Positions 1 to 18,260 of a DNA stretch of 64,000 nucleotides are shown here, piece after piece. How positions within the stretch are numbered: the stretch's first letter is position 1; every line of letters starts with the position of its first letter. Origin of the DNA: the human T2T-CHM13v2.0 reference genome, Homo sapiens; assembly GCF_009914755.1 (NCBI RefSeq), contig NC_060931.1; one strand, given 5' to 3'. Under the pieces are notes generated by a model that worked only from the letters and a program-made list of their open reading frames with translations, was not told where the DNA came from and did not search any database. A program made the translations under genes and the position numbers.

Positions 1-527
<527 letters not shown>

Positions 528-854
528 AATTCCACTGTTTTAAAACAGAAACTGTTACACAAACAATTTAAAAGGAAAAAAAAAGATCTCCATAGCAGCC
601 TATATGATGACATGTCTACTTGAAGAGATAATGCACTTTTAGGCTTCTACAGAATCTGAATCAAGGGAAGTAACTGTGCCACTGACTGAACTTGTACTGA
701 TCAAACAACAAATCAAAAGGATTCTATACAATTCAGGGCCAGTTTAGTTGTGTTTAAAATGAAGAGAAAAACTGGTCTTTACCCACAGTGAGAGCACACA
801 ACTCAGAAAAGAGTATTTGAGTTTGCAGTTGAATAAAGAAAAGAAGGGTTAATA

Positions 855-1283
855 TGCATTCATTAAGTCAACAAATATTTATTGAGCATCTAATACAAGC
901 CAGAGACTACAATAGAAACTGAAGACTTAGCAATTAACAATTAAAAATCTGTGCCCTTATACAGCTTAAAATCTAGTTGGACAGAAACAGTTAAAAACAA
1001 AGTGTCAGGTGCAGTAGCTCATGCCTGTGATCCCAGCACTTTGGGAGGCTGAAGCAGGTGGATGACCTGAGGCCAGGAGTTCAAGACCAGCCTGGCCAAG
1101 ACGGTGAAACCCCGTCTCTACTAAAAATACAAAAATTAGCCAGGAGTGGTGGCACACACCTGTAGTCCCGGCTACTAAGGAGGCTGAGGCATGAGAATCA
1201 CTTGAGCCCAGGAAGCAGGGATTTCAGTGAGCCAAGATGTGCCACTGCACCAGCCTGGGCAACAGAGCAAGACTCTGTCTCAA

Positions 1284-1316
<33 letters not shown>

Positions 1317-1390
1317 AGTAAAATGTTTACATGTAAGATGATGTTGAGTGCTATGGGAGAAAAAACAATACAGGTAAGTGAGTTAAGGCA
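855..1390 (-). mobile_element. L2 3' fragment split by an Alu
   Basis: attcatt..caacaaatatttattgagca signature; resumes after 1318. Confidence 0.6.
1004..1317 (+). mobile_element. AluS with (CAA)n tail
   Basis: Full dimer; tail converted to CAA repeats; flanking aacaaagt TSD. Confidence 0.9.
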
Positions 1391-2448
1391 AGGGTGGCAA
1401 ACAAAGGAATGTGAGCTGAAGTACTCAGAGCCCCAGCTGTGTGGCAAAGCCCATGGGACACAGAGATCCCACCAACCAACGGCAGTTCACCAACAGCAAA
1501 CCCAGGAGCAAACTATGTAAGAGCATGTTTTCTGGTAAAGATTCCAGAAATAATTAGATTAAATATCCACTTAATGCAGGCTCAGTATATCCGCAACGCC
1601 TCAGTGATCAACACAGCTTTACAGAATTTTGATCAGGCATTAAAACTAGCATTCAAGAGTTGCTTGCTGGCCCCGTTCTGGTTAACTAGTAGGTCTCATT
1701 ATCCTGAACAAAGACTAAAAGTTAACACCATTTTATAAAACATATTTATGCAAATAGCCATTCTCTGTTAGTATTATCAAGCCAAATTTAAAAAAACTGA
1801 TTATAAAGCTGATCCTGAGGCTATGCCATTCTATAAGCTCTAACATTGACTATTTGGTTTTAACAAAATCTCATCCTTAAATATGTATAGCTAATTTGAT
1901 GGTCTATATTTAATTTGTAAATCTGCTCTGGTTTTATCATAAGGAACTTATATGAAATCATATTCATAAAATTAAAGTTGAATTAACCCTGGGATTCCAA
2001 TCAACACTCAAGTTTGAAAAACACCACATGAGAAAAAAAATGGAGAACTGAAGTAATTCAAGAATAAAGTGATAAGGGCCCTGACTGGGTTGACAGCAGT
2101 GGGCATAGAAGAAAAAAAAAAAAAGATTTTTAATTTTAGAATTAAAAACTAAGTCTAAAATTAAAAATCGAGATGCAATCATATGAGAAGGAAGAACAGG
2201 TCAAAAGACAACTGAGCCCTAAATCAGCCACTGCTACAACAGAGAATACAGAACTTCATTGAGGTTAATTATTCACATAGTAATTAGCTAGCATAGAAAA
2301 ATAAAAACGGTAATTCAAAGTAAGTAAGAACACCATTAACACCATTCTTCAGCATTTTGGTCTCATGACCTGTTTAGTTTATATGTGTTATAGCTATTAA
2401 CATTTAACATAATAGAAATGAAAAACTAAAGAGTTTTTTACAATTTAC

Positions 2449-2751
2449 TTTTATTTTATTTTATTTTTTTGAGACAAGGTCTCACTCTGGCCCTGGCTGA
2501 AGTGCACTGGCGCAATCACGGCTCACTACAGCCTCGCCCTCCTGGGCTTAGGTGATCCTCTCATCTCAACTTCCCAGGTAGCTGGGACCACATGTGCACA
2601 CTACCATGTCTGGCTATTGTTTTCTATTTTTAGCAGAGACAGGGTTTCGCCATGTTGCCCAGGCTGGTCTTGAATTCCTGGGCTCAAACAATCACCTCAC
2701 CTTGGCCTCCCAAAGTGCTGGGATTACAGGTGTGAGCCACTACACCTGGCC
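2449..2751 (-). mobile_element. AluJ
   Basis: Full reverse dimer. Confidence 0.9.
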
Positions 2752-2779
2752 TGTTTTTTATTTTTATTAAAAACTGTTA

Positions 2780-3405
<626 letters not shown>

Positions 3406-3467
3406 TAATATAAATAACACATTTTTAAAAAGAAACTTATTTTCCTTTAAAAAAAATTAGTGAGTGA

Positions 3468-3600
3468 GGGCAAGCGTGGTTGCTCATGCCTATAATCCTA
3501 GCACTTTGCGGGGCTGAGGCAGGAGGACCACTTGAGCCCAGGAGTTTCAGACCAGCCTGAGCAACATAGCCTTCTTTTATTTAAAAAAAAAAAAAAAAAA
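3468..3600 (+). mobile_element. FLAM / Alu left monomer
   Basis: Monomer with A tail. Confidence 0.8.
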
Positions 3601-4753
3601 TTAATTAGTAAGTGGTGCTTTACATTTTTGCCAATTTCTTTAATATCTGTCTAATAGGAAACGGATTCTCGTAACTGTTTCTGCATTCAATCTGTTCCAA
3701 TATGTTGTTTTGGTTCAAGTATATGAAGAAAATCCAGTCTCAAACATACTTAGCTTAGAAAAGGGAGAGTGTTTGAATAGCCTTCTGAGGTCATTGTGGA
3801 TCTCGTGCTTTGATATTACACCAAAACAGTTCTATTAAAAAGTGGCTAGTTCAGTTCACAACTCAATCTCACAGGTGCTTTTCCTCAAAATAACCACCAT
3901 ACTTCAGTTAGCAGTGGTAATTTCTTTCTTACAAGATTAGATGCAACATGGAATCCGAAATTGTATCAGTGAACTTTTCCTACTCTGCCACATTAACATT
4001 CATTAGTCTATTCACTTTAAATGAATCTTTAACTCAGGCACAATGTTATAAATCATCATTCCTCATCTAAAAAGTACTGGTCCACTGAGTTACGCAGATT
4101 TTCCAGAAGTTGGCATATTTCAAAAAATCATGTTGTTAAACCCATTAATCTCATCAGAAAGTCTTTAAGTACTGGGAAGCTGTCATGCTCACAGTAACAG
4201 ACAAAAGTTTTCCAAAAATTTTAATTTTTGCTTGAAAGCCCAAATGTTCTCTCTGCCAACAAATATGGTCAGTTGTTTTCCTTGAAGTGACAGTCTCACT
4301 TCATTGATTTAAAAAAAGTCTGCCAAATACCTAAGTCTGAATAATCATGGTTTGTCAGACCCTCTTTTAAGTAAAAATGAAATTTCCATGAAAAAAGTGG
4401 CTAGTGGAGCTCACAACTTAATCACGTAAGTGCTTTTGCTCAAAACCCAACATACCTCAATATGCAGCAGAAGCACTTTACACACATTCCCATCTTGTTG
4501 CACAGAATGTTACAACTGCATGCACGCAAGGATCAAGATTTAATAAAATTAATCATTTTTAGTACTTCATCAAGGACATTCTCAAACAAAACTGGCTTTT
4601 TTAACTGCAAGTGCTAAGGTGCCAACAGTGTTTATTCATTGCTTTTGCACCGTGGGTACAAATGTCCAACATGGTTTTTTTGTTTGTTTTTGTTTTGTTT
4701 TGTTTTTTTAAAAAAAAGCAAGGAACAACTCAGTATTATTATGAAAATAGTTT

Positions 4754-4893
4754 CTGGGAGGTTGAGACACAAGAATCACTTGAACCTGGGAGGCAGAGGT
4801 TGCAGTGGGCCAAGATGTCGCCACTGCACTCCAGCCTGGATGACAGAGTGAGACCCTGTCTCAAAAAAAAAAAAAAAAGAAAGAAAGAAAGAA
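4754..4893 (+). mobile_element. 5'-truncated Alu (right arm)
   Basis: aaaatagttt TSD on both sides. Confidence 0.85.
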
Positions 4894-6180
4894 AAAATAG
4901 TTTTGATCCCATAATCCCAGGCCACACTTTGAGAACTGCTCCCCTTAAATATATCCAGACATCATACGAATCCGAAGTCATAATACCCTGCCTTTTCTTG
5001 ACTCACAGAGAACCTAGAACAGACAATATATTCAAATTATATATTTCTAAAATTTATAATGAAACATAGAAATCACCACTCTTGCAACTAGAAAAAGGCA
5101 AACAAGAGTATATGTGAAGAATATTTAATGAAGGGTACTTTATTATACCTGTCAAACTACAGAATTTAAATGAAATAATCTGTCATATGTCAGTGCCAAA
5201 TTAAGAGACTAATATCTACTAAAATTCGTTTAAACAAATTGCCTCTGTTTTCACTTATCTTCTCCTTCACCACTGTAAGATATCATCAGTAGTTACAGTC
5301 ACCCTTCTGATCCTCCTGCAACCCTAAGACAACGCCATCCTACCAACCATCTCCCTAAATACTCACACCTCACCCTACCACCATAAAAGATAAAATAAAA
5401 ATCTTGACCCAGGGACCTTTTTGCTTCCTTAAATGACTCTATTGTTTTTTCAAAAAAAGAAAAAAGAATGACAAAAACACACAAGCTCATTACTGTGAGG
5501 GACTCAAATAGTCCACTCAACTGACCTGCAAAGTGCTAGAAGAAACTTCTGTTGAAGGACTTGGGGAAAGGCAGGAACAAAGAGGTATTATCAAGCAGTC
5601 AATAATAATTTACTGAGCATTCCAAAAGTGTTAAATCCTGTGAGAGATCTATCGAAATGTGGAAAATACAACAGGTTTTAGTGCCTTCACTACAGTGGAT
5701 TACATGTACATGAAAGTACAGATGAGAAAGCATAATGAACAGCATTCGCCTTCAAGAAGTCTCATGATAGGGGAAAATAACAGAAAAAAGTAAAGAACAT
5801 ATTTGTAGTCCTGGTTTCTGTAGTGCTAAAAAGTTCAAAGGCAAAGGAAAGTTATACTAATTTAGCAATCTTAGCTGAATGATAGAAAACATTAACTTGA
5901 CCGTTGCAGCAAAAGTGAGTAGATTCTGCAGTGATATATTTTCCACAACAGTAAGATCACTTTCCTCCTTCCAGCAAGACAGTAAACTATTGATTTCAAA
6001 CTGAAGTCCATAGACCAGCATTCTGGTGTTTATCTGAGAGTACTGCTTAGAAAAGAAATGGCCATATAAATTTCAACCAACTGAAGAACTGAACTATTTT
6101 AAGTGTTTTAAAGAATTTGCTTGAACAACAGATAAAACAGACTCACTAACTGAATTGACATCTAAAGGTTAAAGTTTTCA

Positions 6181-6922
<742 letters not shown>

Positions 6923-8269
6923 GTACCAGAAACTAAAGCTATGATACAAAATTCATTATAATTCAAAGATGAGACATGAGATACCTGTTATTTCAACACT
7001 TCACTGAATAAAAGCAAACAAAATGAAGGGGTAAGTCAATCTGATACCAGGTGTTCTTTTTGCTAAGAAGTCTATTTTAAATCTTATACCACGCATAAGC
7101 CAACATCTAATTTAACTTACACAAATCTAACATACATTGAGCAAAAATGTCAGAGAAAGCTCAATTTTGGTAGTAAATACAAGGGTTCTACCCACCATTC
7201 CAGACACTAAGCGTTTGCCTAAGTGAGCAAGAGACAGGTGACATGAATCTGCTGTTCCCATAACCTGCTGGACAAGTCTCTCAGACTGAAGATATTTAGC
7301 CACTCAGGAGTGATTCTAACAGGATTGCCCTTAAGTACAAACCAACAACTCTGTGCTCAACAGAAGAGCAATGATCTGTTCTCATTCTAGAGGAAAAATG
7401 GGCTGGTCTTGAACCTAAAAAGAAGGTACTGGTTTGTGGTAAGGCATCTTCCCACAAACTCTGCATGGGTAACTTTGCCTACATGCTATTTTGCCTTGTA
7501 CACTAACTTTATATCCTAATCCCCAAATAAGATGCAATTCCTTCTATATTCTGAAGACAGAATCATAAAATGGACTAGGTGGTTCAAACTACTAATCCCA
7601 AAGCATTTACAGAACCTCTCATAATTTCCAGGCAATCTAAACCAAGTAACCATTATCTAGTAATTTCAATTTTTGAGTTCTGTATATGCCACAGCCAGTT
7701 CTTTCAAGGAAGTACCAATGTCTGCAAAGTGCCATTTCTTTATTCTATGGCTATCAACAGAACCCCTCACTGAAGCAGACTCTTCAGAAACTCCTCTGGC
7801 TTATGTCGGCCCCACAGTTCATGATCTTGCTAAGAACAGTAGTAGTTTAGGGAAAGATAGAGGTAAACGAGGTACGGCAGTTATGAGCAGTAAGTCTTTC
7901 CATGATTTTCCTATACTTAAAATTTATCACAAATATAAACACACTGCCGGGGTACTACAAAATTTCAAACCCTTCAAGTACTATTTACTTAATAATTGAT
8001 GAGACTTGTCAGTATCTGTGCTATGGTCTGAAGGTGTCCCTCAAAAACTCAGGTGTTGTCCATGTAACAGTATTAAGAGATGGGGCCTTTCAGAGGTGAT
8101 TAGACCACGACGGTTCCTGCCTTGTGAATGCCCTTATACAAGAGTCTGACTGAGGGAGTTATTCCCAGCTTGCCCCTTCTATCTTCTGCTATAAGAGGAC
8201 ACAGTAAGAAAGCCTTCATGAGATGCAGGTACCTTGATCTTAAACTTCCCAGCCCCCAAAACTGTGAAA

Positions 8270-8497
8270 AATATATATACGTATATACATATATATGTGT
8301 ATATACATATATATACGTATATACATATATATACATATATACATATATATACGTATATACATATATTGTATACACTATATATTATATATAATATATATGC
8401 ATATATGTATATATACATATACATATACGTATATACGTATATGCATATATATGTACGTATATGCATATATATATACATATATGCATATATATATATA
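8270..8497. repeat. Compound (TA)n/(TACA)/(TACG)/(TGCA) microsatellite
   Basis: ~230 bp of nearly continuous purine-pyrimidine alternation, AT-rich. Confidence 0.95.
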
Positions 8498-8505
8498 TTT
8501 ATTCC

Positions 8506-9145
<640 letters not shown>

Positions 9146-9409
9146 TCAGATATTCCGTTATACCAGCACAAAACAGATGAAGACAATTTGTTTTACCGAA
9201 AGTTACCATCTGTTGATTACTATAACATTACTTATCAAAAGCCCAGAGAAACTGGTTTTCTGAGTCTCCACTGACCTATGGAAATGATACAAAGACATGA
9301 CCAAGCACAGGGAAACCCATTATATAATTCCTACAGTTACCTTCCTGCTATTTCCAGATTAATACCAAGGCTTTTAGGGGAGGAAAAAGCATTTTACCCC
9401 ATGTATCGT

Positions 9410-10387
9410 CCTCTTATGTAAATTTCTGCAGCCAGCTTGAATTTCTCCCCAGAAAGTGAGATTTTCTTTTCTACCACATGGCAGGCTGCAAATTTTCTAA
9501 ACTTTTATGTTCTGCTTCCCTTTTAAATTTAAGTTCCAGTTTCAGGTCATTTATTTGCTTATGCAAATGAGCACAGGCTTTTAGAAGCAGCCAGGCCACT
9601 TCTTGAACACGTTGCTGCTTTTAGAAATTTCTTCCGCCAGATACCCTAAACATCTCAAGTTTAAAGTTCAACAGATCCCTAGAGCAGGAGCACAATGCTG
9701 CCAGTCTCTTTGCTAACACATAGCAAGAGTGACTTTTACTCCAGTTCCCCAATAAGTTCCTCATCTTCATCTGAGACTTCATCAGCCTAGCCATCTCTGT
9801 CCATATCACTATCAGCATTTTGGTCAAAACCATTCAACAAGTCTCTAGGAAGTTCCAAACATTCCCTTATCTTCCTGTCTTGTTCTGAGCCCTCCAAACT
9901 GTACCAACCTGTGCCCATTACTCAGTCCAAAAGCTGCATCCACATTTTCAGGTATCTTTATTGTGATGCCCCACTTCTGTGGTACATATTTTCTGTATTA
10001 GTCCATTCTCACATTGCTATAAAGAGCTGAGGGTGGGTAATTTATAAAGAAAAGAGGTTTAATTTGCTTACAGTTCAGCAGGCTATACAGGAAGCATGGC
10101 TGGGGAAGCCTCAGGAAACTTATCATCACAGTGGAAAGCAAAGGGGAAGCCAGCACATTATACGTGGCTGATGCAGGGGGAAGAGAGAGCAAAGTGGCAG
10201 GTGCTACATAATTTTAAACAACCAGATCTCACGAGAACTCACTGTCACGAGAACTCACTGTCAGGAGAACAGCAAGGGAAAAGTCTGCCCCCATGATTCA
10301 ATCACTTCCCACCAGACCCCTCCTCCAACTTTGGGGATTACAATTTGACGCGTGATTTGGGTGGGGCCACAGAGCCAAACTATATCA
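9410..10387 (-). mobile_element. MSTA (MaLR) 5' LTR (9994-10387) plus internal fragment (9410-9993)
   Basis: Minus strand starts tgatatagtttggctctgtggccccacccaaatc and ends ggactaataca, then runs into MaLR internal sequence. Confidence 0.8.
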
Positions 10388-11115
10388 CCCTAGAACTTCC
10401 ATATGGGAAAAGAAGAAAATGAGAGGGCCAGGATGAGTGGCTGACATTAAGAATCTATAGCCTCTAGGGTAGAAAAACATGACTTTTTTTTTGGTAGTCT
10501 AGATTTAAAAGTTGGTATTTCCATTAGTATAGAATGTCTCTTTCTAGAGAATAAGAGAATATCTCATTCTTTATTTGAATAGCCCTAATGGGTAAAAGAC
10601 TAAGGCACCCAATAAGAAATTTGAAGAAATTTTCTTTTCTAGAAAATGTGTATAGTACAGCTGGCCAGTTACATGCTATTTGTAAATAACAAGTCATACT
10701 AGACAAATGGTAAAAAACAATTATTTCTTTAACTGCAAAGGTAAATTCTATAAGAAAAATTGGGTAAATTTGAACTTGCCAATTTAGATTTGATTGTTTA
10801 TAAAGGTAATTTATTCAGATACATCATAGTCCATTATAGCAAAAGCTTTTAGGTGCTATTATGCCCATAGTGCAGAGACACAAGCAAGATAATAGGCTTA
10901 TAATCAGCATTAGATGTTCTATGAATTGACCAACTTGATAAAGAATTTGGGAAAGATGCATATAACCACTGGATTAAATGCCAGCTAGGGAGAATCTTAC
11001 CATCACCTGTGATGGTAATCAAACTCTCCAAAGAAATAGTTTGACCTGGGTAACAGAAACCAAGTGCTTAGAATCCTAGTATTTGCACTAAAAAGGACCC
11101 TATAGGCAGCAATAG

Positions 11116-11416
<301 letters not shown>

Positions 11417-11659
11417 ATAAAAGCCCATTCTTCAAGGGCCCACTACCTGAGGGAACCTAGGCAAGTTATTTACTAATTACTTCATCTGCAAAATGAAGAC
11501 ATCCTCTCTGCAGGCACATACATGGTAGATACTCAGTAAACACAAGTTGTTCCATTATTTATTCATCTCATTCATGTCACCATGAAGAGGAGAGATCCAC
11601 AAAAGCTACGTGCCAAGGAAATACAACTAGTATAATGGCAGAGCCTCGCCCAGAGCCTA

Positions 11660-11843
<184 letters not shown>

Positions 11844-12199
11844 GAATCTTCATAGCATAACTTGAGTTCTCTATTTCAGGCAAATATTCTCCAAAGAGGC
11901 AAAATTACTTAAGGAATTAAGTGGGGCAATTCAACACTTTCTTCCTCTACGCCAGTTCAAGCAACACTTCTGCCATCTACAGGGCCTGCTCAATTACTCT
12001 AGAAAAGTATTTCCCAACCTTTTCTGATCCATAAATAATTTTCGAAGTAGCCCAAAATGGGGTTTACAAATAAATTTGCCAATTTTGCTTGCATTATTAA
12101 TTAATTTTAATATAACACGTTTTAGATCAGAATTTTATGAATAAGGATTGCACAGTTTTTTCCTATCATCAGCATACTGTTTAATAAGTATAAAGTTCT

Positions 12200-12725
12200 G
12201 GCCCAATGCAGTGGCTCATGCCTGTAATCCCAGCACCTGGGGACTCCAAGGTGGGAGATCACTTGATCCTAGGAGTTCTAGACCAGCCGGGGCAACATGG
12301 CGAAACCCCATCTCTACAAAAAAATACAAAAATTAGCTAGGGGTGGTGGTGCATACCTGTAATCCCAGATACCTGAGAGGCTGAGGTGGAGGATCACTTG
12401 AGCCCAGGAGGTCAAGGCTGCAGTGAGCCATCATCGTGCCACTGCACCTAGGTGACAGAGTGGGACTCTGTCTCAAAAAAAAAAAAAAAAGTATAAAGTT
12501 CATCTTATTACCAGCCAGGCCAACATGGTGAAACCCCGACTCTATAAAAATGCAAAAATTAGCCAGGTGTGGTGGTGCATACCTGTAATACCAACTACTC
12601 AGGAGGCTGAGGCAGGAGAATCACTTGAACCCAGGAGGCAGAGGCTGCAGTAAGCCAAGACTGCGCCACTGCATTCCAGCCTGGATGACACAGCGAGACC
12701 TTGTCTCAAAGAAAAAAAAAAAAAA
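12200..12725 (+). mobile_element. AluJ (12200-12490) and 5'-truncated AluS (12510-12725)
   Basis: TSDs agtataaagttc and gttca(t/c)cttatta. Confidence 0.85.
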
Positions 12726-12877
12726 GGTTCACCTTATTAGAATATTTTATAATAGTCATAAGGACAAATTCTCCTTTTCCCATTTAACAAATGATGCATG
12801 GTATTGAGTTTTACATAATTAAAATGCATGATTTTCAATAAATTCAAAAGTAAAATATTTGGGGTGAATAAACATGA

Positions 12878-14290
12878 AGGATACTCAACATTGTTAATGC
12901 AAATCAAAACCACAATGAGATAGCACCTCACACCCATTATGTTGGCCACTACCAAAAGAAACAGAAAATAACAAGTGTTGGCAAGGATGCAGAGACATCG
13001 AAACCTTTGTGCACTGTGGGTAGGACTGTAAAAATCGTGCAGCCATTATGGAAAACAGTACTGAGGTTACTCAAAACATTAAAATAGAACTACCATATGA
13101 TCCAGCAATCACAATTCTGGATATACAGTCATCCCACAGCATATGCAGAAGAGTGGTTCCAAAAAATAAAAGACGAATAATTAAAAAAAAAAAAAAAAAA
13201 AAAAGAAGAGGAAGAATAAGACTGGTTCCAGGACCACCTGTATACATCCAAATTCACTCATACTCAAACCCCCAAATCTGACCTATGGAACCTGCATATA
13301 CAAAAAGCCCACCCACCCTATACACAAGTTTCACATCCCACAAATAGTGTATTTTCTTTTTTTTTTTTTTTGAGCAGGGTCTTGTTCTGTTGCCCTGGCT
13401 GGAGTGCAATGGCATGAATAACAGCTCACTGCAGCCTCGACCTCCCAGGCTCAAGCAATCCTCCTGTCTCAGCCTCCTAAGTAGCTGAAACTACAGGCGC
13501 ATGCCACCACACCTAGCTAACTTTTTTATTTTTTGTAGAGATGAGGTCTCACTATGTTGTCCAGGCTGGTCTCGAACTCCTGGCCTCAACTGATCCTCCC
13601 ACCCCAGCCTCCCAAGTGCTGGGATTACAGGCATCAGCCACCACGCCCAGCCGAATAGTATATTTTCTATCTATGGCTGGTTGAAAAAAATCCACTTATA
13701 GATGGATCCACATAGTTCAAAGCTGTGTTGTTCAATGGGCAACCATATATCCAAAAGAATTCAAAGCAGGATCTCAAAGAGATATTTGTATACCAACATT
13801 TACTGCATATTACTCCTGGCTAACCATGAATAGTGAATCACCAAATCACCAAGCAACCCAAATGTCCACCAATAGATAAATGGATTTTAAAATGCAGTCT
13901 ATACATACAACGAAATAGTATACAGCCTTTACAGAAAAGAAAAAAATTCTGTCACATGCTACAACATGGAAGAACCTCAATGACATTATGCTAAGCAAAA
14001 TAAGCTAATCACAAAGGGGCAAATACTGTTTAATCCCATGCATGTAAGTATCTAAAACAGTCAAAAATCATGGAAACAGAAAGTAGAAAGGTGGCTGCCA
14101 AGAATTTGGGGGGAGGGGGAAGTGGGAATTAGTGCTCAATGGGTACAGAATTTCAGTTCTGCAAGACAAAAAAGTTCTAGAGATCTGTTGTGCAACAATG
14201 TGAATGTATTTAACACTACTGAACTGTACATTTTTAAATGGTAAACATGATTAATTTACTATGGGCTTTTTACAATTTTTAAAAAAAGTA
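12878..14290 (+). mobile_element. L1M 3' region (ORF2 end / 3'UTR) interrupted by MER8
   Basis: atgcaaatcaaaaccacaatgagata...gaactaccatatgatccagcaatc; resumes at tatccaaaagaa. Confidence 0.85.
13126..13745 (+). mobile_element. MER8 (Tigger MITE) containing a micro-insertion and a minus-strand AluJ (13357-13653)
   Basis: cagtcatccc...tggttccaggacc...ggttgaaaaaaatccac...gtgttgttcaatgggcaac, inserted at a TA; Alu TSD aatagt(g/a)tattttc. Confidence 0.7.
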
Positions 14291-14716
14291 AAATGTTTGA
14301 TTTAGAAACTACATGTATATTAGGTACAGGTTAGGTTCTCAACAAATAGTAATTAGTTCTATTATGTGCAAGCATATCGTAGGAACTCATGTATCTACAA
14401 ACAGAATATATGAAATTTCACTATAGGCTATGACATCAAAAAATACAAAAGCTGCTTTAATTATGATTGAAATTCTTCCACTGTTTAAAAATAATTAACT
14501 GTCTATTTTCTTAGATTTTTGTGATTTGTTAAAGCATTTCTCCGGTCTAGTCTTTAGTATCAAAAACTAAGAGACTAAAATAGATAAAGCAGTCATGACA
14601 TACTGTCTTTTTGATACCTTTTTTTTTTTAAACTTCCTGAAGACATCTTGATATACTATGTATGAATTTAGCCCATATAAATGCAGCTGAGGGATAAAGA
14701 TCACTGGGATCTGATT

Positions 14717-15392
<676 letters not shown>

Positions 15393-15881
15393 TCAACAGT
15401 CTACCAAGGATATACTTTAAAATTTTACAGTAATCAATATCATAACAGCAGCTAACAGTACACTGGGTGAGGATGGTACTTAAATAATTATTTATTGAGT
15501 TGCTTACAGAAGAGAGGTCTCCCAAGTCCCAAATCAACTTCACAAATATTTTATTAGTACTTACAATATACAAAAACCTTTTTCTAAGCTCTGCCCTACA
15601 GATTAATAAAAAGGAGCTTAAAATGAAGGGAAGGAGAGAGAAAAAAAAAAAGATTAATACACATGTTATGGTACTTCTAAGCAGGAAAGAAGCTGCTTAA
15701 CTTGGTTGGGATGGGAGAGGGGTGGTTTCAAGCCAGAAGCTGAACAGCATGTTGAGATGCTAAAATAAGGAAGATATTCCAGAAAGAGGACAGGCACAGA
15801 ATCTCCACGTGAAATTTCCTGTAGACTAGTAAGAAAATCAAGTGAGATCAACAGGAGAAAGATATAAGAAGAAAACTACCA

Positions 15882-16241
<360 letters not shown>

Positions 16242-16567
16242 CTACCTGGAATGCTACCTTCAGGAATTTCTTAACTTGAATCCACAGCCATGAGAAGACT
16301 GAGGTGGACAATGCCACGATCACCTACAGTGGTGGTAAACAACACCCAATGGAGGTCCAACAGCTTGCTTTATATATTTTTTTCTTTGTTAAACAGGAAA
16401 AGGAAAAGTTATGTATTACTTGAATATTGAAGAAAAACTAAAAATTTATTGTGGGGGCAATTCAGGTGTTGAGCAAAAGAACTGCTACTTTACAAAAATA
16501 AAATAGTGTATAGAAACCAAGTATATATAATCTGAAAAGCCATCCATTTCTATAATAAAAAAATTTA

Positions 16568-16693
16568 CGGGAGGCTTAGGCAGGAGAACAGCGTGAACCC
16601 AGGAGGCAGAGCTTGCAGTGAGCCGAGATCGCGCCACCGCACTCCAGCCTGGGGGACAGAGCAAGACTCCGTCTCAAAAAAAAAAAAAAAAAA
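16568..16693 (+). mobile_element. 5'-truncated AluY
   Basis: gcgtgaaccc..gagcttgcagtgagccgagatcgcgcc diagnostics; aaaatt(t)tac TSD. Confidence 0.8.
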
Positions 16694-17119
16694 TTTTACT
16701 TGATTGTCAAAGTAGGGAAACTAAGTTTGGCAATCATCATTTCTACATACCCCATTCTAAGATCAAGGTCACTTTTTACTTTTAATATTCTCATTTATCC
16801 TTTGAAGAAAAAATTTAAGGCTTAACTCACTAATAAATGAAAAGGTTTGAATTATGCAAAATGAAGAGAATTACTAAATACAATAATTTTCAAAACTAGT
16901 TTAATTAAAAAAAATTATCATCCATACACCTAACAGCATATGAATAATATCCTTTTAGTTTACAAGTTTCTGCAAATGCATAACATTTTGTTACACTAAT
17001 TAAATGACTCGTGAATTAAGGACAATTTGTTTCACATAATTTATCTGATTATGCTTCCCATATTAAAGTTTTAACTTGATCTTTATAGTATTAAAAATAC
17101 ACAAAATCAAACAAAAATG

Positions 17120-18260
<1,141 letters not shown>

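Noticed and set aside
1227-1520. Poly-glutamine ORF
   Set aside because: The Q run is the (CAA)n tail of an Alu.
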